In this document: positions 25,791 through 39,771 of the stretch, one piece after another
Position numbering within the stretch: position 1 is the first letter of the stretch
How the letters are laid out: every line of letters starts with the position of its first letter
Source: Octopus sinensis
Taxonomy: Eukaryota
Reading direction: 5' to 3'
DNA: 64,000 nucleotides
Assembly: GCF_006345805.1 (NCBI RefSeq)
Contig: NW_021833706.1
Coordinates: 1-64,000, forward strand
The notes under the pieces: model-generated
The model's input: only the letters and a program-made list of their open reading frames with translations
Databases searched by the model: none
Told to the model about the DNA's origin: nothing
Made by a program: the position numbers and the translations under genes

Positions 25791-27121
25791 TTTTTAATTT
25801 TAATCACCTTAATTTGAAATAGTATGGATAATGCCGTACTAAATTCTGGAGGCCACTCATTAAGTGCCATATTCATCCAATCATATATATCAATATATAT
25901 ATATATATCTATAATATATATATATATAATATAATATATATGTAAGTATATGTATATATATATTGTGTGTATACGGGTAAGTAGTTGGGGATATGACGTG
26001 GATTATTATGTAAGTTTGCATGGGGAAGTGTTTTTGCGTGGATGTTAATTGAAGGAGAAAAAGAAAGGAATTCGGTAACGCATGTACTCGTGTTTACCCG
26101 AAATGTAAGAGGTGTTCACGAGTGAACGGGGATATTTTTCGTGATGGAGTCGGCGACCGATAAAATATACGTATAGGATATATGAAGAGCAGATTCACAG
26201 CATTTTTAAGGAACGTAAGGTTGATTGGGGACGCAGTTTGTAGCAGCAGTTTTGAATTGGAAGTTTCGGAATTACCTTACAAAGATATACTGGATAATTA
26301 ATGAGGTGATGTGGTGCATGAAAAGAGCAAGGTTTTAGCGATAGGACGATTTCGGTGAGGCGGAGAAGAATAGAAGTGCATTCTGTACTCTGTTGTGTTC
26401 TCTCACTAATATTTAGTCTCTCTCTATTTTACTTAATGAATACAGTCCTTAGCTTTTTCCATCTGTTACAGTATGTGGCTTGTCCAGTCCTCATTCTACA
26501 TTGTGCGTTCATTTCATTCAACATTTACAGTCACTGTCATCAATTCTAATAGACTCTATTCAATTTAGTCCACACCTACGATCATTGGGCACTCTAGTTA
26601 ATGATAGTCACGTGGCCACTTTCAGCTCTGGTCACTCACGTACAATACCACCATCCGTAGCCAGTACAATTGATCACCAGTTAGCAGCCTCGGTATTTGA
26701 TATCTATAATCCAAAGCTGGTCAGCCTGAAATTCTTGATCGCCATGGTGGTTTTCAGTCCAGCCCCTATCTGTAATTTAGCGTAGAGATATCGATATTCT
26801 GTGGTTAGACAACATCCTTTTCATTTGTTCCGTAGTAGACAACATATAATATTCTGATTTGACCAAATACCTAAAAAGGAGTAAGCAGTCTTGTGTAGTG
26901 TCTGTATAGTCTACAGGTATAGACGTTTGAAACGTGACATATCATATGAGGATTTGAGAATGTTTATGTCAGACAACCCGACAAAGAGTGTGTGTGCATG
27001 TGCGTGAGAGAGAGGGTGGGAGAGAAAGAGAGGGAAGAAAATGAGAGAATGAGAGGTATAAAAAGAGAACAAGAGAAATACAAGAAGAGAATGAGAGGTC
27101 AGAAATATAAAGTATACTAAC

Positions 27122-27196
27122 CGTCATATACAAGGTTTGAATAAGGAGGACAAGTTGTTCTGCCCCACCGGGTATACAATGATCCGAGACCGGGTT
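27122..27196 (-). CDS. RWGR exon, copy C (xPGLGSLYTRWGRTTCPPYSNLVYDG)
   Basis: 75 nt, ttcacag acceptor, GTTAGT donor, phase 1-1 matching the last exon. Confidence 0.85.
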
Positions 27197-28899
27197 CTGT
27201 GAAATTAAAATGAAATAATGTAGTTTAAAAGAAAGAATTGGGGGATCATTTACAAAGTAGGATGTTGGATGGGAAGGAATTGATGGAGAAGAGAGAAATA
27301 AAGAATTTAAGAAAGAACGAGTGAATGAATGAAAGTCAGAACGAAAGATGTAAATAATAAGAATAAATTGTAAAGAAAGAAAAAAGACATTTGTCTGTTG
27401 AGCCTGTTGGTGACGTTGATGTCAAAGATTTGAGAGATTAATCTCAGAATATCAGAATGTGTATCGGTCTTCGCTATGAACGGATGTATGTATGATACGT
27501 AAACTTGGGTATGTGTATATATACTTCTCAATAGAATAATGATAAAACTCAATAGAATAATGATAAAATATTCGCCAGGTGCGAATATTCATCGGTCAAT
27601 TACAAATATCAGTTTGGAGCTCAGCGCAAACAAGTCCATCATAACTACAATATGAAAATAACAACCATACCGCATCATTTGTCGATAAATGTATAGCACA
27701 CCCCACCCAATAATGGTGCAACCGGCAAGAAGCCTGCAAATTAATCTGGGGTGCGTGGGGTGGGAGCACAAAATTGACGGTCTCAGGAAACCAAAGCAGA
27801 TCAAGAAGGGAAGAACCTTTAATAATTGAGAATTAAAACGTCAAAATTGTTAGATAATAATCTGCCTGTAAGATATAATCGGTGTCTCTTCTACAAAATT
27901 TCCTTTCTCCGATAGCGTACACTTGGATATAGACTTGAAACTCCACGACGCAACTGTGGTGCCAATAATATCTGCACAGGTGGGATTAGGATAATCTCAA
28001 TCCCCAGCTTTCGGACTGTATTATGGAGTGAAACCTACTAGGTGTGAGGGTTCACCTCTTGAAGCTAAGGTTGAATATGAAGGATCACAGTGGCTCTGTA
28101 AGTATATGCAGCAAACAGCGAGGTCAAATACAAATCCTTCCTAAGAAAATTCACCTCAGCTTTAGATATATTTGGGGTAAAGTCATTTGTCCCGCAAGGA
28201 GACTTCAGTGCACATCTTGGCACTGATAACCGTGAGAAGGCTTGATTGGAAGGAATGTCGTCAGTGAACTTAATGGAGAGGTCATAGCAGCCTTCTGTGC
28301 AGGATACACACTCTTCTCTCTATGGTATAGAGATTATTTTAAGACAGGGATATTTATAAGGGTGCCTGGTATAGAAATACTTGGTGACAGAGGTTTTTGA
28401 TAGATTTCGGTCATCTTTCACTCTTTGCTGAACGTTCGGGTAAGAGGAGGGGTGGAGTTGTCAACTCGTCACTACCTAAATGTCCAAAAACCTGAAAATT
28501 CCTACAGTCTGCCGAACACTGGAAATTGGTAAGCCGTGGATGCTGGGATAAGAAACAAAAATGTGGAGACTTTTGCACCCAAATTGAGAATGACCATCCA
28601 GAATTAAGTTGGACATCGAAATGGATTCGTGATTGTATTATGTTTTTCAGCAGGTTCTTCTTCGGTCGAACGCTTATTTGAGCTAAACTCACTTAAAAGT
28701 GTTAAAGCTGCTGGTGAAAAGCACGTTCGGCTTGATATTTTAGAAACCTTAAATACAGATGGTATTCTCTGAGTGACCCATGTAAGCTAGGTGGATGGGA
28801 CCTCTGGAAAAAACACCAAGGCAATGGTAATATGGGGTGACAATCGCAATTTCTTCAAACAAAGACCAAAGAGTGTGTTCTAATTATAGAAAAGTCTAC

Positions 28900-29570
28900 A
28901 CTAGATGTCAGGAAAAGATATGTAGGGAAATTTTCGTGGCCAAGATTACTGTCAGGGACGCAGTACACCCGACCATATAGTCATTCAAAGACAAATCTTC
29001 CAGCAAACATTGAAATATTTCCAAGGTTTATACGCTGTAAACCACGAAAAGGCAGGCGATCACGTGCCATGGGACATGTTGCGGATTTGTTTACGAGGAA
29101 GGTGATTTTACTGGGCAAATACTTGTCGCCATAAAGTACATATATGTATGTTCAAATGTTTGTATTTAAGCAAATGTCGAAAGTTTTCAACGTGAAGGTT
29201 TCACTTAGTTGAAGTGTGCATTGTTAGTGCCCCATTTCACGTTCTTTTTGTGATCTGGTTGAATATGCGCAGCCATTGTGGTAGAGGTATCCCAATTCAT
29301 CTCTACGTGATCGGTCGACTGTTATTTGTAGACGACATCCTGCTACCTGATTCGTCTGATGGTCACCAACAACATGCACTGAATGGGTTGGCTGCCGAGT
29401 ACCCCAAGGCAGGATTGACAAATACCGACTTTGTAGGAAAGTGGAACATCATTAGTTCGGGTTTCTATTCACGAATGATTGGAAGCACAAAAGTGGACAG
29501 AATGCTGAATTGTAGATATAAACGCAGTGAAGCGCCAGCTCGGACATTTGATTCTCAGATGAAGAGGTCT
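28900..29570 (+). mobile_element. Degenerate RTE-type LINE RT fragment (unit C)
   Basis: ORF 29214-29621 GRLLFVDDILL..QQHALNGLAAEYPKAGL. Confidence 0.75.
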
Positions 29571-29974
29571 TGGCACAATTATCGACGTAGCACTGCATAT
29601 ATACTCATATACACACAATAAATGGCATAGTATATTAGAGTAACATTTTATTTAGAAATTATTGTAAAGTAGAATATATTTTGAAATAAATTCAGGCAAG
29701 CGTCTTAGTATATATTATTGTGGACATATGGATAATAATGTGGAACTAATTCAAAGTTGGTGAAATTATAAATCATTAGCTAATGAGTCACGGGTAAGAG
29801 ACTTTAGCCATAAAATTAGTTCTTACTTGGTGTGTCATCAGGTTTATCGTCGAGAGATTTCTTGGATATGAAACTGTTCTGTAAAAAAATAGAAATAGCA
29901 TCATATAAATAGAACTTCAGGGTATTTATAATCGTTTAGAACTTAAAACAATACAATGGATGACAACATATTCG

Positions 29975-30260
29975 GGCAGGTATCATTGCCAACAATACCA
30001 TCTCAACCCCTTCGGAATCGTCTAGAAGGCGCTTCAATCCAGTCAAACGATTTTCTGAAGAATGTCAGAAAATACAATTCTGCATTTCAAATGACATCGT
30101 ATGGTGAATCTAAGAAGATAGATAAACATGAATTTACTCCGACGTCAAAGTTCAAGGGCAACTCTATCCCCTCATTGGTTCCCTGGTAACCGCAAATGAA
30201 CAACCACAGTTCCTCCAAATTTACTCTATAAGTGGTGTAGGACAACAAACCTGACGTGTG
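29975..30260 (+). mobile_element. Helitron Rep fragment (unit C)
   Basis: ORF 29956-30189 with FLKNVRKYNSAFQMTSYG. Confidence 0.8.
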
Positions 30261-30645
30261 GTGTCAAAATTTCCGATGATGGGTCGTGTTAGACACAGCG
30301 CACACTGCTGCAAAGGAGAGTATATCCACTGACAGCATTTCGGTGCCTTCAAAAATCACACAAACCCCACCTCCAATTTTGCATGACAGGTTAGGGCCTG
30401 AAACACTCCAAACGGACACATAGCATGTTGCTTAGTCGAATTAGCCCAGCATTTACTCTACAAATGTTTTGTTGTCAATGTTGCACTTTTCCATATCACC
30501 TGTTTCAAAATGACTGGAATATATTATATACCAACTTTGCCATTTTAATCATTAGCAATGCCGGGTAATTCTACTAGTACACACGTACACACAGACACAC
30601 ACACAGACACACACACACATACAGACATATACACACACATATTTC

Positions 30646-30690
<45 letters not shown>

Positions 30691-31973
30691 TGTATGTATA
30701 TAGTTAAATTTAATCCAAACAAGAAAGCACAAAAAAACACAACAATGCGAGGACGTGGAACAAAGATAGTATTATTGGACGCCCAGGAAAGAAAGAAAGA
30801 AGAAGCGTTTAATGTTTCGGGTGAGACTCTTCGTCGGAAACATACGAGATGGAAAGATCCAGAGGAGGGTAGACAGAGGAAAAAAAATCGCCAACGTTAC
30901 ACACGCGTCACATTTTGAATGACCGGAAGGAAATGGGTGAAGAAAAGTTCTTTCAAAGGCAGGAGAGTGGTAGAGGAGGAGGAATGTGTGTGTAAGTGTG
31001 GATAAGAGCGTGTGCGGAGGTCTGCGTGTGCGTGTGTGTGTCTGTGTGTATGTGTGCAATAATGACACGTGTGTGTGTATGTGCGTGTGTATGTGTGTGT
31101 GGTTGTGGCTGTTAATCTTTGCGTGTTTTAGGGTTAGTAGTGTTAAGGTCAAGGAAGAAGCAATTGGGCGTGGCTCCTTTTGTCTCTACCCCAGGTCAAG
31201 TAGTAGGTACTGCTAGTGTGAAGTATGTGTGTGTGTGCGTGTATGTATATGTATCATGTGTGTGTTTTGTTTGTAGTGTGTGTGTGTGTGTATGTATGTG
31301 TGTGTTCGTGTGTGTACGCGTAGACTTTGGGTATGTGGCCAATAACTTTGCTTTACTTAGTGTATGTGTGTGCGTGTGCTTGTACGTGCGTATGTGTGTA
31401 CACATGTATGAAAAAATGTGTGCCGTGTGTATGGGATGTATGTTTGGGCTCATTTGTGTGTGTGTGTGTGTGTATGTGCGTGCGTGTTCGTAGGTTTGTA
31501 GTTGTGTGTGCATGTACGTGTGCGTTTCTATGTGTGTGTGTAAGTGTATATAGGTGTATATACGTATATCCGTGGGGTTGTGAGTTTTGGGTGTGTGCGT
31601 CCGTATGTGTGTGCTTGTTTTTGCGTGCGTGTGTGTGTCTGTGTCTATATGTGTATACGTATGTGTATGTGTGTGTGCGCGTGTAGGCGTATATTGTGTG
31701 CATGTATATGTATCGGTGTGTGTATGTGAATTTGTACATGCGTGTGTGTTGTGTTTTTTGGAGTTGTGTGGGCGTAATGTGCGTGCGTGTGCTTGTGTGC
31801 GTGTGTGCGCTTAAGTACGTGTATGTGCGTGTGTGTCTCTGCCATGTGTGTATAAGTGTGTGCGTATCTGTATGAGTATTGTTCGTTAAAGGTATACGTG
31901 GGCATCTGTGCTGGTGTGTGTGTATGTACGTGTGTATGTGTGTGTGCGTATTGTTTGTGTGCGTATGATGCAT

Positions 31974-32252
31974 ATATCTCCGTGATCACCGTCACTGAAC
32001 AGTTGTTGCTACATATCGCTGGTCACAATGCGCTTCGCGTTGTTTTAGCCTTTAAATGACGCCACCCGCTGGTTAAGCGAGCAGGCCAACAGAAGAAAGG
32101 GAGAAAGTTGTAGCGAAGAGTGATCACAACAACCCAACTCACTGAGCTTCGTGGAGCATTAAACACTCACAACGCCCAGTCTGGGAATCGAAACCGCGAT
32201 CCGGCAACCACGAGACCGCTGCCCTAACCCTTGGGCCATTGCGCCTCCACAC
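31974..32252 (-). mobile_element. tRNA-derived SINE (unit C)
   Basis: Homolog of 18613-18906. Confidence 0.75.
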
Positions 32253-32295
32253 AGACATATATATATATATATTATATATATATATATATATAATA

Positions 32296-32350
<55 letters not shown>

Positions 32351-32482
32351 GGTCCCGGGTTGAGTCGGGGTTAACCACAGTAAATAAGGTACTCAATACA
32401 TAGCAGAGTAAATTAATTTATTATAGAAGGAGCTTCTACAGGACTAGAACTGTTTCATTCAAAAGAAATCATCAGGAAGCTC

Positions 32483-32484
<2 letters not shown>
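32351..32484 (-). mobile_element. 134-bp PLE terminal stub
   Basis: Homolog of 332-464 joined to sequence matching 5691-5699. Confidence 0.85.
32428..32484 (-). ncRNA. Type I hammerhead ribozyme motif with 9-bp stem I
   Basis: AGGAGCUUC/GAAGCUCCU stem I, CUGAUGA core, GAAA, ACAG/CUGU stem III, GUA triplet; U.U at the stem II base. Confidence 0.7.
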
Positions 32485-32520
<36 letters not shown>

Positions 32521-32809
32521 CATATCAATATATAGGTATACACGTAAATATCACAAATATACGTATCTACTTATACGCATACACACACACAAACGCACAC
32601 ATATATGTGAGTGGACATACACTGTATAGTGTGGTTGTTCGTGTACAATTGAGCACGTGTGTCTATGTGCGTGCGTATGTGTGTGTGTGTTTGTGTTTAT
32701 TTGTGCGTGTGTTTGTCCGTGTGTCTGTGTGTATGTATTTACATTCGTTCTTAAATATTGTCATATATAAAAACCAACGTGAATTACAGTCAAACATTAC
32801 GAAATTCAC

Positions 32810-32886
32810 CGATCTACATTGGCACTCGCACGTTTTATTTTCAGTTGGAAAGAAAAGATTCAAAAAAACTCGCCTCACTTCCGTTC
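32810..32886 (-). pseudogene. Candidate internal exon, copy C (acceptor AG>GG)
   Basis: Open 77-nt frame as in copy A but ccatcGG replaces ccatcAG. Confidence 0.45.
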
Positions 32887-33214
32887 CCGATGGAGAGAAA
32901 TAGATAAATGTGTGTAAATATGTACGTATTCCTATGTGTGCGTGTGTGTGTGTTTGCATGTGTCTGTTTCTGTGCGTGTGTGTAAGTGTACATCTAGATA
33001 TAATACTTAACACTAATATTAATAGGGCTAAACGTTGCAGCGACAGGACATGGCCATGCTGGAACCCCACCATTAGATTTTTTTCATTACGCACTTATTT
33101 TCCTCTCCAGGATTATGTCTGGTGAAAGAGCGATCGGACAGGAGTACAATTCCACACTTCTTTGTGTTTACTTCGGATGTTTGTATATATGTATATATAT
33201 ATATATATATATAT

Positions 33215-33836
33215 ACAAAAAAAAGAAAATGGAGAAACATATCTAAATCAATTATCAACTATCAGAATACCCAATCAATACTTTATTAAAATTACATAAC
33301 GGCATATACATATATATTGCAAATATAACTAGACATGGAAATAGAAATAGAATATACGATTACATCATATCTGACAGATATATATATATATATCCATATA
33401 TATATATATATATAATATATAATATATATATATATATATAATATATTAAGGTATGTAGAAAATACAACATGGACAAGAACGCATAACTCTTAGAAGACGA
33501 TACAATAAACACGGACAGGACATTCGAAACCCTCAGTCTTCAGTCAAGAACCGATCATCGTGGTAATTTCGGCTGATTAATCTTGAGATTACTAGATCCG
33601 GCCAGCCCTCCAAGAAAAACTAAGCACCGAGCATTAGAAAAACTAAGCACCGAGCATTAGAAAAACTAAGCTGGGAGCGTAGATTTCCTGGAAGAAGGAT
33701 CGAATGCATACGAACACCGGGACAGCAAAAAGGACGACAATAAAAGGCAAAAAACAATAATGGAATACAGAAACATGAAATACAGAAACATTAACGGTGA
33801 AAACAACAAGTGTCTTACGACTGATAACAAGCAAAG
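33215..33836. mobile_element. Unit-C-specific insertion in (TA)n, unclassified repeat (possibly PLE-derived)
   Basis: Absent in A, B and E; contains about 2.4 copies of 23-bp AAAAACTAAGCACCGAGCATTAG at 33615-33670. Confidence 0.45.
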
Positions 33837-33846
33837 ATATATATAT

Positions 33847-33913
<67 letters not shown>

Positions 33914-34753
33914 TGTATGTACATACATACGTAACTATATATGTGTGTATGTATATATGATATGTATATATATATATATATTAATTTGTGTGTGTGCGTG
34001 TGTGTGTGTATAGCACACATGGTGTGTATGTATCTATGTTTTATGTATGTGTCTGTTATAGTCGCACCGCTATCGATTCTCAACTGATGTCGGTGTGTTT
34101 ACGTCCCCGTTACATAGCCGATCGTCTAGAGATACCGATAGAATGAGCAATAGGCTTACAAGGAATAATTCCTGAAGTCGATTTGTCCTACTAAACGCAG
34201 TGCCCTAGCATGGCCGCAGTCAGATGACTGAAACGGATAAAAGTATATATTTATATACAAACACACACACACACACACACACACATACATATATATATAT
34301 AGATAAATAGAGAGAGAGAGATAGACAGAGAGATAGACAGAGAGAGAGAGAGAGATGGACAGAGAGATACAGTGATAGATACACGCACGCATATATTTGT
34401 TTGTATATATATATCTATATATGTTCACGCACTAATATATTCATATATATGTATATTTATATATACATATATATGTATATTATATATACAAATATATGTA
34501 TATGTGTATATACGTATGTTTAGGTGTGTGCGCCTGTGTGTTCGTGTGTGATTACGAGTGTGATCTTATGTGTGTGTGTGTGCTCCATAGGAACATATGT
34601 ACGTGATTCATGCATACATCCTTACATTCATCCAGCCATCCGTACGTACATACATCCACATATTAATACATACATACGTAAATGCATACATACATACATG
34701 CATATATAAATACATAAAGACATACATATATTAACACAAAATCCATGACTTAC

Positions 34754-34897
34754 CGTTTTCGATTTCTCTTCCATTTTTCCTATTCTTGAATCTTGATGAA
34801 GAATCACGATCGTCAGAACGAGAAGAACCCCAAAAGCTATGAGAGAAGAAATGGAATAACGCTGCGAAATATTCCTGGACAGTTGTGCGAAATCCAT
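34754..34897 (-). CDS. First coding exon, copy C
   Basis: 144 nt, same 48 aa as copy A, GTAAGT donor. Confidence 0.75.
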
Positions 34898-35966
34898 TCT
34901 GGTGACAGTTGTCGGTCGTAAGTGATACTTCGTGTGGCTTCAACAAAAGATCGAGATGCGAGGTTTAAGCTGAAGACCTGTAACTGAATTCCACGTATTT
35001 ATTGAGCGCACAACAACCCAGCTCTGGCATAGATCTTATCGTAAATTTATGAACCAATGCGATTGGTGGAACTGTAAAAGTGGGCGTGAACTTGTCTGAC
35101 AGGTTTAATTATTGGAAAGAGATGGTTTGATATTGTCACACAATAATTAGCAAAATATTTTGATGAATGAGAGACACGTGTAAAGTGAAATGATTCCTGT
35201 TTCTATGATATATTATGATATATTTATTTACTAATGTTGTTATTTAATTTTATTTGTTATTCTTGGGAAACTGTTTTAATATTCAGTGTGGGAAGTATTT
35301 CGTTCAACCAACAAAAACACAGACACAAAGACACACACACACACACTGACACATACACTGATACACAAACACACACTGACACACAATGACACACACACTG
35401 AGAAACACACACACACTGACACCCACACACACACACACACTGAGAAACACACACAAACACACACACACACACGCACACACACACACACACCGATACACAC
35501 ACACTGACAAACACACATACACACTGACACACACACACACACAGTCTGACATACACACATACACACTGACACACACACTGACATACACACACACACACAC
35601 TGACATACACACACACACACACACACACTGACACACACACACACACTAACATACACACACACGCACACACACGCTGACACACATACACACACTGACATAC
35701 ACACACACACACACTGACACACAGACACACTCACACACACACACACTGGCATACTCAAACACACATACACACTGAAACACACACACACATTCACACACAC
35801 ACACATACACTGACACACACACACACACACACACATACACACTGATATACACACACACACACACTGACACACACACTCACACACACTGACCCACACACCG
35901 TGACTCACACACACTGACACACACACACGCTGACACACACACACACATCCACACACATGGACACAT

Positions 35967-36005
<39 letters not shown>

Positions 36006-37701
36006 CATACACACAAATATGCGGGAAAATGCGGGCACGTACGAGCCACCGCAGTTACTGTTGGGGCCCAAGGTTGAAGTCAACTCCTCTAGCGAAGTAT
36101 TTATCAAAGTGAAATACCGAAGGTAGGTAACTCACGACAGACTACAGCCTGGCGCTCTAATGGCGTCACTTACTCGTTGTTGTTGACTATGTTTAAGTTA
36201 AAGCTATGGCTTTAAGTTTGTCCAGATATTCCCCTCTTCGGTATTTTCTTTTGATAACGACTGAACTGGAACCCGATAGGGAGCAGCACTGGACTGATAT
36301 GCTGTTTTTGCCGCTTCCCGCACTGAATTTGCCTTTAGAGTTTGAAATATGCCATTATCACATTTTAACGAACCTAAAAATTGCTTATGCCTAATACTGA
36401 GCGCTAATACTGTTCACTGGAAACGCCATGTTGAATGTTTCCATATATTCATTTGTCAATTTGCATTTCGTGCTTTCATATTACTTAATTATTATTCTTT
36501 TTCTCTAGCTTTTTCACAATCGAGCATTCTTATGGCACGCAATTAATCGACAAAAAAACGTGCTGCCACCCATAGATCCCTCTTTCCACGGATACCTTCG
36601 TTTATCTGGCAGCCATTCTACAAAACCTCCCACATACAAGGAGCAATCATGCTGGGTATAGTGTGAAAGGCTCAACATGTTGCACTGATTCCACCTAATG
36701 TATATTTTATAAGTGGTGTTCCTTTCCTTACTAAGTCGTTTATGTGTGTTACAGTTATTGTATGCATGTATCTCGAAGCAAGTTCCTCTTCTGCGAGTTT
36801 GATAGTTTTATGTTACAGACGGAGATAATTTGTTGAACTTGATGTTTCGTGGTGTTGCTGTAGATTCGGTTGATGCTGTTCCTGAGGTGTACTCATATTT
36901 CTTGGTGGTTTCATATTTTCTTTTGGCACATCAGTGTTCAGGGTACGATGATAGTCTGCGTGTGTAATGTGAGGCGAGGCTGTGTGTGTTTGTGATTTTT
37001 GTAGAAAAGCGGGAAGATGTGAATGTAGGTTGAAAATAGTTAATCGTGGGACATGTACTTGTACTCTTGTCGAAAGTGTTTCGTGAAAACTTCAATGTGT
37101 TAGTAACCTGACAAGTAGTTAGGTAGTCAACATTTTGTGGTATTTCTTCAGTGGATATCAAATATCCTTTATTTGGTAATATCCGCAATTGGATTGCAGA
37201 GATTTCATCGCATCGATTGTAGTTACAATGATACGTATGGGAGTATTTTTTTTATTAACCCATCATGATTTAGTGATATTAGTTATAAGCTTTTATCGTG
37301 TTTTTTGAAGATTGATCATGAAAGGGAGATATATTTGTACTGAGGTGTTTCATTTGGGGTTTGTTTTCATTTTAAGACGGAATACAACACACATTTAAAC
37401 GAATCATCATTTTATTTCAGTATTTAAATTTGATAAATTTAACCTCATACAATGTATTCTAGAATCATTCCCTGGGGATTACATCGTTCTCTTAAACTAT
37501 TTGTCACATTCTATGACGTCTCTGTTGTTTCGTTTTGAATATTTTCTGAAAACTTGTAGCAGCAATTTATTTAACGACATATATTAGTCGGATAAAATAT
37601 TGCGAAACACAATTACAAGAAACGTATATGTTGCTTTATTATATTATATTTTATAATTCGCAAACATAAATTTTCATATAGAAACGAATGTAAATTTCTG
37701 T

Positions 37702-38201
37702 TCAATATTTACTACACACAACGCAGGTTAATTCTCGACCATTGACATACGGTGGACATGGCAATGAACCACAAGCAGCCTGAACGAAATATAATACAGC
37801 TCCGTCTTCGTTTCTGTAACCTGCTGGATCAGCTTCTGGTGCATAGTCCATACACACATATTCAAGTCTGCTCTTATGTCCGTTATGCTCGGTCATCAAA
37901 TATCCCGAATACTCAGCTTTCCAACCAGCGTAACACTTTGTCCTGGCTGGTAACATCATAACAACAGCAGGTTGTCGTGTCAAACAGACAGCGCACGGAA
38001 TGTTGTGGTCATGAATTCATTCAGCGTTAGCAAAAGAAAAGAGTTTATTAGTTGGGTATAAGTCTAATTGATATTCACTGCCATAAATGTAACCACCTTT
38101 TTCAACTTCTGTCGTATAATTTGCCCAAATGGGGTCGTTAGGTAAACACAAGAGATTACTTCCGCCTCCAGTTTGGGTATAATGTTGTCCACCAACCACA
38201 C
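37702..38201 (-). pseudogene. Last exon, copy D: C4/NC1-like domain with one nonsense codon
   Basis: Frame intact except TCA>TGA at 38017-38019 (ANAE*IHDH). Confidence 0.9.
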
Positions 38202-38481
38202 CTAGAATTGGTAAGAATAAATCAAGTAAAAAACATATTAAGCAAAATTATATATGAAATAACGGATACATTCATTACAATTTTTCATTTAAAGGAAGTC
38301 ATGTTTAATAACGTGTGGACGAATTGTGGTGTATATATGATAGTGTTTATGTAAGTGTAAGCTGTGTGTTGCTGAATCGCAGCTGTACATTTACCTTCTC
38401 ATCATATATATATATATATATCGTAATAAGCAACAAGTATATCCAGAAGTAATGCGGTACGTTTGTTTCATGCAACTCCAT

Positions 38482-38532
<51 letters not shown>

Positions 38533-39771
38533 GTTGTGTGTATACGAGTAAGTATTTGTGGTTGCGACGTGGATTATTATTTATGTTTGCATGGGGTAGA
38601 TGTTTTTCGGTGGATGTCAATAGATGGAGAAAAAGAAAGATATTTTATAACGCATGCACTCGTGTTTATCCGAAATGGTAAAGATATTCTTGTGTGAACG
38701 GGGATATTTAGGGTGGTGGAAATTGTTGGTGACTTGAGTAGGACAATACGGGAGACGACGAGATGCAGAGAAGTGGTGGGTAACCGTCGATGAAATGTTG
38801 TTCAGTCGATCATACGAGAGTCAGTGGCTAAACCTCTCGTTTAGACTCGGACGAATCAGGCTTACATAGACGTTATGATCACACAGACGTTATTTCATGC
38901 AATACACAGAAACGAGGTGGGAGGAAAAATTGTGAGGTTCAGTAATGGCGTAGTGCTTAAGATGAATGGACGGCGGAGTGGGCGACCGATAAAGGATACG
39001 TGTAGGGTTTATAGAGAGCAGATTCAGAGCATTTTTAGGGATTGTGAGGTTGATTGGGGAAGAGGTTTGTAGCAGCAGTTTTGAATTGGAAGTTTCGGAA
39101 TTACCTTACAAAGATATACTGGATAATTAATGAGGTGATGTGGTGCATGAAAAGAGCAAGGTTTTAGCGATAGGACGATTTCGGTGAGGCGGAGAAGAAT
39201 AGAAGTGCATTCTGTACTCTGTTGTGTTCTCTCACTAATATTTAGTCTCTCTATATTTTACTTAATGAATACAGTCCTTAGCTTTTTCCATCAGTTACAG
39301 TATGTAGCTTGTCCAGTCCTCATTGTACATTGTGCGTTCATTCCATTAACCATTTACAGTCACTGTCATCAATTCTATTAGACTCTATTCAATTTAGCCC
39401 ACACCTACGATCACTGTGCACTCTAGTTAATGATAGTCAAGTGGCCACATTTCAGCTCTGGTCACTCACGTACAATACCACCATCCGTAGCCTGTACAAT
39501 TGATCACCAGTTAGCAGCCTCGGTATTTGATATCTACAATCCAAAGCTGGTCAGCCTAAAATTCTTGATCGCCATGGTCGTTTTCAGTCCAGCCCCGATC
39601 TGTAATTTAACGTAGAGATATCTATATTCCGTGGTTAGACAACCTCCTTTTCAATTGGTCCGTAGTAGACAACATATAATATTCTGATTTGACCAAATAC
39701 CTACAAAGGAGTGAGCAGTCTTGTGTAGTGTCTGTATAGTCTACAGGTATAGTCGTTTGAAACGTGACATA

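Noticed and set aside
33098-33125. Possible microexon (DIILEREI or REI) after ctttcaccag in intron 1
   Set aside because: Several acceptor/donor combinations are possible and none is compelling; conservation is no greater than surrounding intron.
33490-33560. CTGAAGA on the minus strand as a possible hammerhead
   Set aside because: Followed by GAAT rather than GAAA and no valid stem III.
33615-33670. 23-bp repeats as a CRISPR-like array
   Set aside because: Adjacent tandem copies without spacers, in eukaryotic DNA.
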